NCBI RefSeq assembly: GCF_009834535.1
Contig: NC_045696.1
Span: forward strand, 116,996,001-117,060,000
DNA: 64,000 nt
Reading direction: 5' to 3'
Origin: Camelus ferus
Lineage: Eukaryota
Shown here: positions 1-13,875 of the stretch, one piece after another
How the letters are laid out: each line of letters opens with the position of its first letter
Position numbering within the stretch: the stretch's first letter is position 1
Notes under the pieces: model-generated
Seen by the model: only the letters and a program-made list of their open reading frames with translations
The model's database searches: none
Told to the model about the DNA's origin: nothing
Position numbers and translations under genes: made by a program

Positions 1-2199
1 ACAACTTATTCCCTATAGGGCTATTCCACAGGGGGAAAAATCCTTTCAGAGAAGCCAGTTTTACATGTTTTATTTCTTTTACTTTCTCAAAAGTCAAATT
101 AATCTCACCTGCCTTGTTTACACTTTTTAAAACACTTCTGCAGGAATTAAAAAAAAAATCCTTGATCTACCGAAGACAAGCAGCCTTGGCTAGCCAGGGG
201 TGGGACTAGACTTAATGAAGCATCCATTCCATCTCTGCTGTTGGGCAGTGAGAGACAGAGATAGAGGATGAAAATGAACAAGAGAGAATTCATCACTACT
301 ATAAAGGAACCATGGAACTTCTAACTAGGCTGTAGTGCTAGAACCTAAAACAATTTAGAACAGAAGGATCAAGACAAACAAATAGTACCCACAGACTACC
401 CATGAGAAGGGCTATTCTGTGAGAGCATGTGACAAGGGTCCCAGGTTTCCTCTGACAACCAGAGAGAAGTAGATCTGTTACCAAGACAAACAGCTACTGA
501 TACAATACGGAGGAAATGACTCAATTTTTCCTCTTAGAACTTCTGCAGGTGAAAAATAGAAGAAAGCATTTACTAGTTTCTTGAATCAATGGAAAACCTG
601 TGAACACCAGCTTTAAAATGTTCACTTCACTACAGGACTTCCCAGAAATATTGATCCTGATGCCCCAAATTAAGTGTTCTTCTCAAGGCAAGCAAAGGTG
701 TTTTTCCCTTCCTTAACTAAGCCATCTCTGCTGGCTCAAGTCAGTTTTGCCAAAAATCAACTAAATTATCACCAACATTTGTCAAATGTATCAACTCTTG
801 TAAAGAATATGTCAATAAATTTAAAAATTATAGTCAACAACTACATACCCCCTTTTTTAGTCTGTTATGAAAACATCAGCATTAATTTTTTAATTCTATC
901 AATTAAAATTTAAAATATCAGTACTTCATATGTGATGAAATTCATTTTGCCATTTTTTTTAGTTCTTTCACATTCTGTGCAATTTCATTTTTTTATATTT
1001 TAGGCTTTAAGTAAGTTTATTTCACCATTATTTCACCAAATGTCATATCAACCATAATTTGGTAATTACTACCAAAATAGTTAATATTCTAAATCAATTT
1101 ACTTGATTTGGAACATTTATAGGTAAAGTTATGTTTATGGTCATTGAAAATCAAATTTTACTCTAAATTTTGGTTGTATCTGAATATGAATGACACATTT
1201 CTGAATATTAAATATATTCATAGGAAAACTAAGTCATCCTATGACCTTTTAAAAAATACCTTTCAACCAAATAATTCTTTAAATTATTGCTATGAAGACA
1301 AAAATCCAATAGACTAAAATTCACAGAAATATTTAAAAACTATTAATATAGTCCTACAATATGAATTGCTATAAAATTTATAAATTTATAAATGATTAAA
1401 TAAGTTAAATCAATGCTATTTGAGAATTAAAAAGATCCTTTAAAAGACGTAAAATAAAAAGAGACATGAAAAGGAATTTAAAAGTGATTACCATAAGTGA
1501 AATAATTCCCATATGAAGTATTTGTTAGATTCATTAAAAATAGTAAATAAAACAATGTATTTATAAATGCAGTCATAAAAATTAAGCAATTCAGCAAATG
1601 AATATTCATTGGATATATTCAAGAAGAAATGGTAATTTCGATAAATTCTGCAAATCAGTCATCTAGCAAATAGTTTTGGGGGAACTGATGAGCATTTAAG
1701 CTTTCTTTCGGGTCTATCAGAGTGTTACCCACCAATGCATTTTAACTATTGAAATTTCTTCATCCTAACAGCTTTGATTTGGCTGACATCTGAAAATCCT
1801 TCACTTGCAAGATAAGCATGAAACGGGATATCCCATATCTAGGAATACGGTTAGCAATTTATTTAGTTACTCAAATACGTATATGGATTATGGCAAAGTC
1901 AAAAAGAAATGCTACCCATAGTCTGTGTAAAAAAACTTGTGGAATGCAGGTCAATTTTCTTCAAGAATTAGCTTTTTATTAAAAACAAATTTTAAAAATC
2001 TAGAATTCCATGCTTTTAATATAAAGCACTAATAATGACCTAATTTAAAAATATACTTCTATAAAGGATCACAGTTGTCAAGCAAATAACATTTTTCTAA
2101 ATTTGTTATTCCTAATTTATAGAACAATTTTGTTAAAGCAGTGCATAATTATAGACAGATTTTTCTTAGACTTTTGAGAATCATCAGATGCTCTACAAA

Positions 2200-2410
2200 A
2201 AGTGTTAGCAAACTAGGGCTCTTGTGCTAAATTCACCCACCACCTATTTTTGAAAACTAAGTTTTGTTGGAATATAGTCACACTCATTAACTTACATACC
2301 ATTTATGGCTGCTTTCATGCTACAATTGCTGAGTTGCATAGTTGTGGTGGAGAACTTGAAATCTAAAATATTTACTGTCTGGCCCTTTACAGAAAGATTG
2401 CTGATGCCTG
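2200..2410 (+). mobile_element. MER58A-like hAT-Charlie non-autonomous DNA transposon
   Basis: Matches the recalled consensus along its length: gttagcaaact...aagttttgttggaatatagtcacactcatt...tatggctgctttcatgctacaa...aaaatatttactgtctggccctttacagaaa...ctgatgcctg. Confidence 0.85.
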
Positions 2411-3165
2411 AGCTAGAATATATTTGAATATTCCACGACAAGGAGCCAAAGATCATAGTTGGACCAATGTCATGGTAAATGTTACACTTGAAACACTCGC
2501 TAAAGCCCACTAAAAAAATAAACGAAAGTATAGAAGCAAAAACTGTTCCAGCAGTACTTGGTCATAAAGTGGGAATCCAGTAAAATAGAAAATACGCTTA
2601 TAATTTTATTTGATCGTTCATAAAAATAAAATTACATCTTTTAGAACCTATTAAGAGCTCATGGACCCCAAGAATATATCTGAGGAACTTAGTATGTCCA
2701 TAGTAGTTGTAAGCCACAGTAATAGATAAACATAAATATATAAAAATACAATTTTACAGCTTTTCCTGATTTATGGAATCACTGATTTATTCAGCCAATG
2801 AGTGCATGAGAGCTGGTAAAAGTTTATTCCCAAGGACTGTTTTGATTTTTACATACGCAATTTAAAAACATTACTTAACAAAAGGGAAATACTCATATCT
2901 ACAGTTCCACTGTATCTTGGAACTCCATGTGAGTTTGTAAAGGAAATTCTGAAAAGAGAATCACTTCAAGATTAAGGCAGTTTTGACCTGATCATATGCT
3001 TTTGAGTCTTACAACTAAAATGAAGGACAAAACTAGGGTGATGTAACTTGAGTCAACAACAAGGTAGAGTAAACTTTACTCAACCAATCGTGGTTTTTTT
3101 AGGCTATTTTAGCAAAAAGCTTTATTGTTGTTCTTTAATGCTATTATTTATATGTATATACATTT

Positions 3166-3222
3166 ATAGATAGAAGATGATAGATAGATAAATAGATACA
3201 CAGATAGGTAGATAGATGGATG
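3166..3222. repeat. (GATA)n degenerate tetranucleotide microsatellite
   Basis: tagatagaagatgatagatagataaatagatacacagataggtagatagatgga. Confidence 0.85.
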
Positions 3223-3317
3223 CTATTATGTATGGTAATTTATTACCATACATCACATAGTTTGAAAAAGCACTGCTAATTTTAGTTATGAGTTTTTCAA
3301 GTTATTCCCTGTAGATT

Positions 3318-3593
3318 AGAGGTTAGCCAAATTTGGCTCATAATCCCAATTTGATTGGGGAGAAATTTTTTAAAAAAAGAATAATGTTTCATGATACATG
3401 AAAATAATATGAAATTCAAATTTCAGTGCCTATAAGTAAAGTTTTATTCAAAGACAATCATGCCCATTTGTTCACATATTGTCTAGGGCTGCTTTCATGT
3501 TCCAACGGCAGAGTGGAGTTGGAAATCATAGATATTTAATAAATTAGATATTTACTATCTGACATATTATAGAAAATAATTTGACCACCCCTG
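3318..3593 (+). mobile_element. MER58B-like hAT-Charlie DNA transposon
   Basis: Has the MER58B-type block atgaaattcaaatttcagtgcctataagtaaagttttatt and the same 3' half as the 2200 copy (gctgctttcatg...atatttactatctg...ccaccccctg). Confidence 0.8.
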
Positions 3594-4954
3594 CTGAAGA
3601 CTGTACAGATGTTTGGAATAAGCAGAAAAACTTACTGGATGTCTCCCATGAAATACCATGCATTGTCCCCCACCCCCTCATCATCCCCCATGGAAAAAAG
3701 CCAGTTACACCTCTTCTTGTAAATTCATTTCAACATTTCTTCACTCCACATCAATTTGAGATTCACTGACCTCTCCTTTAAACACTGCAACATCTGCATA
3801 CTTCCCTTTCTGAGAATAGGTCAAATGAAATCTTTGACACCAGTTTATTTTGCGTCTGTATGAAAGTTGAGATTTTTCCTTTTTCAAATATATCCTTCAA
3901 CAGAACAAAAAGAACCCATCAAAGAATACGTATATTCCCCCTGCCCCACCTCTTACACCATGTGAGGGGCAAGCACGCAAAAGTGATCTGTTTACGCTCT
4001 GCCCTTTCAATATATGAATAAAAGACAAGGCACAGGAAAGGTGCCCTTAAGCAACACAATAATTTGGGAAATGCCAGGTGTTTATACAAGGCTTTCTTTT
4101 GGAGAGACTTTTTTTGAAAATGAAACAAAAGGCATATTCAAGTGTAAAGGACATTCATTTCAAGCCAGTAAGGGCAAGATGCAAAACTTTTTTTTTCCCT
4201 TTCTTTAAGAGGCACTCTCTGCAAAAAATAAAACCACGGGAGAATGCACCCCACTGGGTTGTGTCAATACAGCAATATCGCCCAGACAATCTGGGAAGGT
4301 GATTCCAGAGGAGAGTTACCTACCCCAACAAGGCTTAATGCTGTTTAATCTGGTTCCTTTAAATGCATTTGACTTCTAGAATTGTTACCTACTGTTATTT
4401 TTTAAAACATATGTGGGAATAATTTTATTATTTTCTCACTAAATCCCAAAATGAGACACTCATTTTGCCAACTGGAGTTTGCCCAACTACTGTTTGCAAC
4501 TGGCAAAATACGAACTTACAGTTTGAAGCCGAGAAAATGAGCATGTGTGAGTTTGTGTGTGTACACTGTGTGCGAGGGGTTAACAACTTGCTCAGAATGC
4601 AAACCATGAGAAAACCTCCGAGAATGTTTCGAACAATGGTTATACTTTTGGATAAATGTGGAGAGTAAATATAAGATAATTACTTTGACAGAATCACCGG
4701 TAATTGGAACACATGAGCTCTAATAAGTTTGAACCAATGTTTTTCGTAAGATTTAAATCGCCTTTTAAAAGAAAAAGGGCAAATAAAGCATAGGAGCATA
4801 AAAATGCTAACTACCTATAGCATCTGCTATAGTGATAATAATCCTCTTTTAAATTGTCTCTTCAGGAGAACTTTTTGTCCAGATTAAGATCATGTGAGAG
4901 ATATGATACACATGAAAATAAAGGCCCATTTAAAATGAAATTATTTCTTACAGA

Positions 4955-5877
4955 AAAAACCATTTGCAAATCTTGTATCTAGTGGAGGGCTTGTATCCAG
5001 ACTATACCTCTTATTACTCAATAAATAATAATAATAATTCAATACAAAATATGGCAAATGACCTGAAGAGACATTTCACCAAAGAAGACATCAAATAGCT
5101 AATAAGTACATGAAAGGACATTCCGTATCATTTGTCATTAGGAAAATGCACATTAAAACCACACTGAGATACCGTTACATGTTCATCTGGATGGCTATAA
5201 TCAAAACACAGACAGTAACAAGTTTTGGCAGGGATGTGGAGAAAAAGGAACCCACATATATTACTGGTAGAGATGTAAAATGATAAAACACTCTAAAAAT
5301 AGTTTGGCAGCATTTTAAGAAGTTATACATAAATGTTCAATGACCCAACAATTCCGCTCCTATGAATTACTCAAGAGAAATAAAAACACATGTCTACAAA
5401 AGACTTGTACATGAATGTTCATAGCAGTATTACTCAGAGCCAAAAACTAGAAACAATTTAAACGACCATCAGTTAGTGAATGGATAACCAAATGTGGTAT
5501 ATCCAAGCAATGGACTACTATTCAGCAATATAAAGGAACAAATTACTGACACATACTACGACATGGATGAACCTCAAAAACATGATGCTAAGTGAAAAAA
5601 GACAGATTCAAAAGACTCTGTACTGTATGGTTTCATCTGTATGAAATATCCAGAAAAGGCAAATTTCTAGAGACAGAAAGCAAATCATTTGTAGCCTGGG
5701 GGTGGCAACAGGGATTGGCTACTAACAAGATGGTGGGAATTTTGTGGGTGATAGAAATGCTCTAAAACTAGACTATGGTGATGGTGGCATAACTCTCTAC
5801 ATTAACTAAAAATCACTTAATTGTACACTAGCAAAAAATTCATGAAATATAAATTAGACTCAATAAAGCTGTAAAAT
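4955..5877 (+). mobile_element. Old L1 (L1MB-like), ORF2 C-terminus and 3' UTR
   Basis: catttgcaaatcttgtatct, gacatttcaccaaagaagaca, atgttcatagcagtattactc, atggatgaacctcaaaaacatgatgctaagtgaaa, ending in aataaagctgtaaaa. Confidence 0.9.
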
Positions 5878-6339
5878 ATCTACTGAAATTTTTAAATTCT
5901 ATAGGCATTTTATGACACAAGTTTGAATAATTTTTCCATTAAATCCCCCCCAAACTAAATCATATATAACAAAGTCTCACCATTTTGGTTGAATATTTTG
6001 AACACAAGGCAGAGGATCATCTAGAACCCAGTGACTTGCATTGAAAAAGAATTCCACAGCATTGTCCATCTCTAAATTTGCATTTCTTCCACTCATCCTG
6101 CAATAATCTAGTGTCTCAAAAATCCATCTTAAAAATTCACTCTCTGGTCAAAGGTGTCTGAGGAGCACTGCACACTGCATTTACCTCTTAGAGAGTCATA
6201 GATCATCCTAGCATAATAAAGGTTCTGAGAAGTCCTGCATCAACAACAATACAGGTTGACTTTAAATCCCATTTTTAAATGAAATATCATTACTGTCTAG
6301 AATGTTCTAGAGAACGACATGTCCTTGTACCTTGAACTA

Positions 6340-7960
6340 GTTTTATTAAATTAAAAAATTTTCCATTTTTGCTTTAGATTATCTCAGATACAAAGTCTTA
6401 GATGTGCAGTTGAAACATTTCTGTATCCAAGTTCTATCTCTTCTTCTATAGCTGCATTCACTACCCTAAGCTGGTGTTTATCATTCCATACCCATTATTA
6501 TACTATTACTACACACATATATGTCTGTAAATGATATATATTTTTATATAATCTAAACTTTGTATGAGCAGTGACACACTCACCTTTTTCTCCCTCAAAA
6601 TTGTGTTCTGAGATTCTTCCATGTTACAGATGGTTCACCTTCACAGGTGTTTAGTAATTCATTATATGATTACATGCAGAATTTCCTTACCAAATTTTCA
6701 GTAAATTTTGCTTTACAAATAATAATGCAACAAGCATTCCGGACATACCTCTTTAGATACTGGTAACAGATTATTTTCTAGATCATATCTCAAAAAGTGG
6801 CATAGCTCTGACAAAAAGTATGCCCATGTTCAAGTTTACTATAACTTGCCAAATTGCTCTTCCGGGGGGGCTATTTCAAGTCATAGTAATATAAGCATAT
6901 TTAAAACCTGTTTTCTCCAAATTCTTGCCAATACATGTTCTATTCAGATTTTCAAAATTTATACTGATGTACAAATGTGAAATGTGTTAATTTGCATTTT
7001 CTGGGTTACTGTCGAGGTTGAGCACTTTTTCTGTTTCCTCTCCTCTGTTCACTTACTATGAGAGTTTCCTTCCTGATTTGCCTTTGTCCACTTCGTTTTA
7101 GACAAATAGAAGGAGTTCTTCTAAATTCTGTACATGAAATCCTTTGTCAGCCATGCACATGGTAAATATCTACTTCTAGCCTATAGCTTGCATTTCAACT
7201 ATCTTAATGGGCAATGTTGTTGTGGTTGTCATAGTTGAATAATTGTAAATTTTAATTCAGTTGCATTTGTCAAACTTTTTTATAGTTTGTGCTTTTTACA
7301 TATTTTTAAATGCTTCCCTTCCTATGATCAGAAAGATATTCTCCTATATTTCATTTTTTATTACTTATTTATTTGTCTTTAGTCCACTTAAAACTTAAGA
7401 GTTAACTCATCCTTTCCCAATTCATTTGTAATATCTCTGCCCTATGGTTTTTACACATATCGAGACCTGTTTCTTGATTCTGTATTCTGTTCCACTGGCC
7501 ATTTTTCTATGCCTGCCCCATTATCTTGTTATCTACTTATTGTAATTTAATAAATAATAAATCTGCCATCTGGTAGAACAGGTCTCCAAATTTTGTTGTT
7601 ATTCTTCAGCATAATCTTGTGTGTGTTTTTCATTCTAACGGGACGTACATTCTCCAGAGCTTCCTACATAGACAAACATCTCCCATCCCTTCTAATTCAT
7701 GTATCTCATTTCTCTTTTTATTATCATATTACATGTGCTAGAACGTCTGGTACAATATTAAACAAACGATGTAACAGTAGGATTCTTGACTAGCTGCAAA
7801 TTTTAATAGGGATGTTTCTAAAGCTTCACTACTAAATACATTAAGTGTCAGTTTTAGATAAATACGTTTAATCAGGTTAATACAATTCTATGGCTATTTT
7901 GCTGCGGAGTTTCCCAGTGAAGAAGCACTGAAAACTGTTAAATTGTTCTGCATGTGATTA
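6340..7960 (-). mobile_element. Old L1 (L1ME/L1M-like) 3' UTR and ORF2 remnant
   Basis: Antisense L1 hallmarks: ttgccaaattgctct, ttaatttgcattttctgg...gttgagcactttt, tattctgttccactggcc, gtctggtacaatattaaac. Confidence 0.75.
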
Positions 7961-7969
7961 TGTGTTAAT

Positions 7970-8405
7970 GTGTCATTCAGCCTTTGCTGAGTCACAAGAT
8001 GTCTCAAAACTCAGTGGGTTAAAACAATAGTTTTGGTTCTTTTTTTTATTATGATTCTGTGTGTTGGCTGAGCAGTTCTACTGTTCTCACTTTGGCTCAG
8101 TTATGAGGCATCTTCAGCAGGAAGGTCAAAGGGGCTCAGTGGGACCACTGGGGCTCCCTCTCCACTCATCTTTTCATTATGCAAGAGGTTAGTGCTCACT
8201 TCTTCACATGACAGCATCCAAGCAACGTGAGAGGGGCAGACCATATGCACAGCACTTTCTAAGCCTCTTCTTTCATCATAGTTGCTAAAGTCCCATTGGC
8301 CAAAGCAAGTCACAGGACCAAGCCCAGGTTCAAGGGTGGAGAAATGGACTCCACCTCTTAATGGATGGAGCAGTGAGGAATATTTGCTGTTCTTGACAAT
8401 CTAGA
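7970..8405 (-). mobile_element. MaLR solo LTR (MLT1F/G-like) inserted in the old L1
   Basis: ctcaaaactcagtgggttaaaacaa, cattggccaaagcaagtcacaggaccaagcccagg and aaatggactccacctcttaatgg are typical antisense MLT1 blocks. Confidence 0.8.
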
Positions 8406-8519
8406 GTTTTCTTTATTTTTTTTAAGAAGATAAATTTTATATTCATTTTGCCACAATAAAAAAAGGAAAAACTGTTCTGTTTGTTTGTTTTTTATTCATC
8501 ACATTCCAGCAATTTTAAA

Positions 8520-9370
8520 CAATTAGAGTCTCCTTTATTAATGGAGTATATTACATTACAGTTTTTTCTGATATAGAACCATACTTTTCCTGTGATACAG
8601 ATATCCTAGTATCTGGTCATTTTCTACATAAATGTCACACACAAAACACTGAATTCACTTTGTTAGATTATGTATATATATATATTATATATATGTATAT
8701 ATATAATGTAATATAATATTATGTCTAATGTATATATAATATAACATATATATGTTTGCATATTCAGAAGGAATCAGTCCCTAATTTTCTTTTCTATAGC
8801 TACCCTTGTCCTTGTTTTATAGCAAGATTTCTAGGTTAAGAAACTTTTATTTATTTATTTTTTTTCTGAAACAGTTTGTCCAGATTAGTGATTATCTGTT
8901 TCTTAAATAGAAGAGTGAATATCTTTTCCATCAACTTACTGTTGTCTGTGCAAGGCAAAGGGACAATAAGGGAGGAGTATGAACATTTTTTAGTTAATCC
9001 ATGTTTTACTGGCTATTTGTTTATTCAGTTTTTCTATTAAGAGTCCATTTTGGATAGTCATCCATTTCATATAAACTTTTCCATTTGCTTAAAGATGCTC
9101 ACGAAAATCACAGAGATTTAAAAAAAATCTATGTGCCTCTTTTTATTCCAAATTCATTTTTTGTGTCTTTTCTCTTTTTCCAGATCGATCTTGACAGATA
9201 TTTATCATTAATTTCTTCAAACAAAACTTTTGGTTTTGCTGATCATCTCTTTCTTACCCTTATAACGGACATTTTTGATCTTTGTTCCTCCTTCTTTTTT
9301 CCTCCTCTGTTCTTTAATTTTATTCTACTTTTCTTATTCCAACTTCTGGAGTTGAATGAAAAATAGAACA
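8520..9370 (-). mobile_element. Continuation of the old L1 ORF2 remnant, interrupted by a TA-rich repeat
   Basis: T-rich antisense L1 character: ctaattttcttttctatag, gattatctgtttcttaaa, tccatttcatataaacttttcc, ttcttcaaacaaaacttttggttttgctgatc. Confidence 0.55.
8668..8755. repeat. (TA)n / AT-rich low-complexity repeat
   Basis: tatgtatatatatatattatatatatgtatatatataatg... Confidence 0.9.
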
Positions 9371-10259
9371 AGCCAGGAAGATGACAAGAATAGATGTGAG
9401 AGTGATCAGAGCAAACGCCAGCACACAACCCTTCCACGTCAATTTTCTTCTTGATAAATATCTCTGAATGTTTGTTGGAGCAAACTTTTTTAGTCTCACT
9501 ATCAAAAATTTTCCACAAAAGTAATTGACAAGAAAGAAAAACCATATTATTGGAAAGAAATACGACTGTTGTAAAGATGTGAATCCTCCCTAAGGTAGCT
9601 AGTATTTGTTAATATTCTAGACCATCTCCCACATTGCATATCTTTTATAGTCCCATGCTATATTCATGTCTCTAATCAACTAAACTAATTTAAGTTCTAT
9701 TTTATTCTATTTCCCCTAACCAATACCCTTTTCTGTGCTCACTCTATAAAATTACACATGGCCATCACTTATCAGCAGAAATATTAAATGCAATATGCAT
9801 TTCAGATTTGGTGCAACAATCTAACAATAAGCTCTCACAGAATATTTTACAAAGAGTACATCCTTGTAGCCTGTCAAATAGTCTTTTGGGAGGATTTTAA
9901 AAGCAAACAAACAAAACAAAATATTTACAAAAATAAACAAATACCTTGGTACTGAGTTGCTTTATATGTATAGTGAGTGAGATTTTATAGCCACAACAGC
10001 ACTTTTGAATGTTTGAAGTCAGGTTGAGAAGACATGTGAGCCCACCCAAAATGAAACTACTTTTACAAGGGTCAAACTTAATGAAACTGGTAATTGCTTA
10101 TTCTTGTAATAACACTGGAAATTGCTAATTTCAAAAAGTGCAATATTCCTAGGGTCAAAGCTAATCTTCCATTTTGACAGCCTGCTGCTTATCCAGTGAT
10201 GAATATCAGACAGTTCAATAGTGGCTTTCATAATTGTTTCAGTAAGCGGCATGGCTCTG

Positions 10260-10860
10260 TGAATCCTTTGAAATGCCTATTTCAAAAACCTTCAGCTCTG
10301 ATTGGAAAAGTTGGATTTGGGCAAATGTAGGTCATACTGGATCACCTTTACTGAGTTCTGAAAGTAGGGAGAGGGTGGAAATACTTAATTTTACAGTGTG
10401 TTATAGTCTAGTCTGTCCTAACATATAGTCTCCAAATATTTTAGGAGAAAAGATTGATTCGACTTTTAAATATTTTGAGGGCTCAGTATGAAATCCTTGG
10501 TACAAATTTACAAAAGTTTCTGGCTGCAAAACTTCTCTGTTTCACCTATTTCTTCTCATTCTGGCCATGTTTAAAAGCATCAGTCTTGTATCAGAAACCC
10601 AGATCTTCTTCTGTGTTTTAACAAATACTTGTAATAGCATGTCCATCTCCAGAAGTCTCTCCTTTTCTACTCCTCAGCTCTACTGCAAAACTTCCATGAA
10701 TGCCATTTACATCACACCCATCATTCTGGTCTTTCCGGCAATGATTAGAGTTGAGATGGTAGACAATGTTCATGGATGCAGACGTCTCCTCCATCTAGAC
10801 TTTTAGAATGTTTCAACAAGCATCTTTACCCCTGCTTCCACCATGACTTTGCTGAAACAA
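10260..10860 (+). mobile_element. Probable ancient CR1/L3 LINE reverse-transcriptase remnant
   Basis: Degenerate motifs occur in CR1 order: tggatttgggcaaatgta (WIWANV, cf. WRxANV), aaagtagggagagggtgga (cf. KKGKKVD), tatagtctagtctgtcctaaca (cf. YRPVSLT), and MVDNVHG..LLHLDF (cf. LVDxGxAVDxxYLDF). Spacing is irregular. Confidence 0.45.
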
Positions 10861-10975
10861 CAATACCCTATTATGGTATTTCTGTGGGATTAAGAAGGGG
10901 AATGGTTTTATTGTTGTTGCTACTGTTATTGAGCTCTATTAATTCATTTCAAATTATATATTTCACAAGAAAAGC

Positions 10976-11028
10976 TAATATATATATATACTTATGTATT
11001 ATATATTATAAATATATATATATATTTA
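10976..11028. repeat. (TA)n microsatellite
   Basis: aatatatatatatacttatgtattatatattataaatatatatatatattt. Confidence 0.85.
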
Positions 11029-11689
11029 CTCATGAAATACCAATGACATCTTCCAAAGTCCCTGAGATGGAGCTGTTTCTACTTTTAAAGAAGGTGTGTG
11101 CCAGAAAGTTTGTTGATTGCCTCATTAACTTTCATCTCAGAGAGTAATAATTATGGCAAAAATAAGCAACAAAGCTGCGTTCCAAAGTTGCTTCTATACT
11201 GGATAATTGAAGCAGATTACTGTAATAATTACTGATTAAGTGAAGTATACTACTGTAAGCTCTTCCTTTGAGTTCTATTAATCAGCAATGTTATAAAAAA
11301 TAAAGTAACATGATAACTGATATTCTTAATGTTGACACCAACCCCTATGATAAGAAAGTATCTTCTGAATGAGTAATAAAGATTATTCAGCAACATAATT
11401 CTAGGGGTAGGTGAAATATTTTGTCCCTGCTATTCAAAAATGGATCACGCATGTGCGATATCTGAGCATTACCACATTCTGCAAAACTGCAGAGAAACAA
11501 ATAATAAACATTACCCCACTCTGCATAAAACCTGAGCAACAATACGTAGCAGTCAGTTCTCTACAAAAACTCAGTGTTTGGAGCAAAGCATATCTTGGCC
11601 AAATGAGCAGTATTTATCACATTAAAGACATATTCTTTCTCAACAATGTCACTGGCAGGCACCTCCAACTTCCTGTTTCAAATTTCCTT

Positions 11690-12250
11690 CTCTGGTTCAG
11701 GTCTTTTGACATCACTAACAAGATTCCTAACTGGTTTCTTTGTCTCCTGTACCTCGTCTCTTCTAATCCTTCTAAACTCCATTGCTAGAGGGAATTTAAG
11801 ACTCTGACTTTACCAGCTCAATATTTTGTGATAGTTCTTTATTGTCTATTTGTTAACATCCAACCATATTACTGAGCTTCCAAAACTTGAACCAAATCAC
11901 CATTCCGGCCTTGAAAAAATCTGCCACCCTACTATCCACCTTTAGGAATGTCCTACTCCAGCAAAATCTGCTGTAGAACCACACTCTCCCTTCCTACCTC
12001 ACAGATTCTACTCAGAATACAAGTCCCAGTCTAAATGCTGCCTTTTCTAGTCTCCTTAAAGCATCAGCCTCCTTTATCAGTTCATACTCTTTGCTGTTAG
12101 TTCTCGGATAACTTTCCATTACACACTGGGTTTTAATCTTACCTCTCCCTCCCTATAGTGCGTCTTGAGACAGGAAGGTTCATACCTTGATTTCAGCCAC
12201 TCCCTCGACAATGTGTAATACAGGGATCTGCATTAGTGGCGGCTGAACTG
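11690..12250 (+). mobile_element. L2 LINE 3' fragment
   Basis: CT-rich L2 motifs ttcctaactggtttcttgtctcc, ggaatgtcctactcc, aagtcccagtctaaatgctgcctt. Confidence 0.55.
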
Positions 12251-13263
12251 ATGTTCGAGGCACTGAGTTACAGCCTGGAGATCAGGGGATTGACAGAGCA
12301 CCTACTTTTTATTCCCTATTCCCAATTATTTTTTCAAATGGACAAAACAATTAAACTGACCAAGTATTTCTGTGATCCAAAAATATGGCAGTGAAAAAAA
12401 TCTCTAAGTACAAAATTTAATACACTACAAACCAGTGGATTCATTTATTTCCAAGAGGCCTCGGTTCTAGATCTCACCAACAATCGAATGTAGAATTTCC
12501 TGGAAAAGGGCCACCCAATTACTGTATTTACTTTCCTGTGCTATTCAGTGTTGCTAGAAGGCATAAATTAATTTTGATAAATGAATAAAGAATTGAATTG
12601 GTAATATACCAAGCAAACGTGCCACTGACTCTCATATTAAGAAGGAGAAAAAAAAAGCAAACAAAGCACCACCTTCTAATGTATAATGACATGTTCAAAT
12701 TCAGTAGCTAACAGTGTGGCAAAAAGTGAATTAACTATGTCAGAAGATGGATGACTTCCCATTAACAGCATTTTAAAATAATGTTAAGCTTATATTAATT
12801 ATGAAGGCTTTTCATTTTAATTGTCTATAAACAGAAGAGGGTAAGCCAATTTTATGTACTTCAAGGAATTTTTAAGCAGGCTGCTACAGAAATGCACGAA
12901 GAATTAGGAGGCTCATTACTTTTAAAAATTACTTTCTTCTGTACATCAGCATGTCCTGGCTCTCTCTCCTTCTCTCTCTCCTTCATCCTCACTTTCTCTC
13001 TTGCTCTCTCTGTCTCTGTGTGTACCTACAAATAATACATGTGTTTGTAAATATGGTTGCACTTAAATACTCAGGTATTTAATATGCATGTACATAAAAG
13101 ACAGTAAATACTGCACTTGGAGGTATCTGTTTATGACTACCAAAAAATGGGAGCACAGAAAGGCTTGGCTATCCACAAAGTATCATGAATTAAAAGGTAG
13201 AACATAACAGCAGAGAATTTCGACCCTAGACTAACCAAGAGGTGTCACAAATGCACCCTTATA

Positions 13264-13872
13264 CAGTCAATCTTCATTACTTGTGGATTCCTGATTTGTG
13301 AATTTCCTACCCACTGAAATGTATCTGCAACCACAAAATCAATACCTGTGCTTTCGGGTGTTCACAGATCTGCAGAGAGCACTGAAACATCTGAGTCCTC
13401 ACCTGAGGGGGGACAGGAGGATGCTCTGCCTTCCTGGTTCAGGTCTCGTAGTGTAAACAAGTGTCCTTTTCACGGTCTATTTAGTCACATTTTTCTCATG
13501 TGTGTGCTTTCTGTTGGTGATGTGGCTGTGTGAAACAGCCACCCAGCGGAGGGCTGAAGTGCTGTCTAGTGCTCCGAAGCCCGAGAAGGCTGTGAGGTGC
13601 CTTCCGGAGAAGGTACGGAGAAGTCAGATACATTTGTTCAGGCATGAGTTCCAGTGCTGTGGCTCCTGAGGTCAATGTTAATGAATCAACAACAATTAAA
13701 TGAGGTGCAAAGAACAAAATCATGTATTAATCAGTTGACAAAAATGCAGTGACCAGAGGCTCAGCAGAATCTAACCCTGTCCTTTCCCTAGGAGCACCAT
13801 TCCGTATTTGCTAATTTAGTGTCTACGACAGCTTTAGAGAACACAACTACTGCAGATAATGAGGGTCATCTG
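13264..13872 (-). mobile_element. MER82 (TcMar-Tigger) DNA transposon, near full length
   Basis: Left end ta|cagtcaatcttcattacttgtgga and right end gcagataatgagggtcatctg are degenerate TIRs; internal ccagaggctcagcagaatctaaccctgt...ccctaggagca and aacaagtgtccttttcacggtctatttagt match the recalled consensus. Confidence 0.85.
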
Positions 13873-13875
13873 GGT

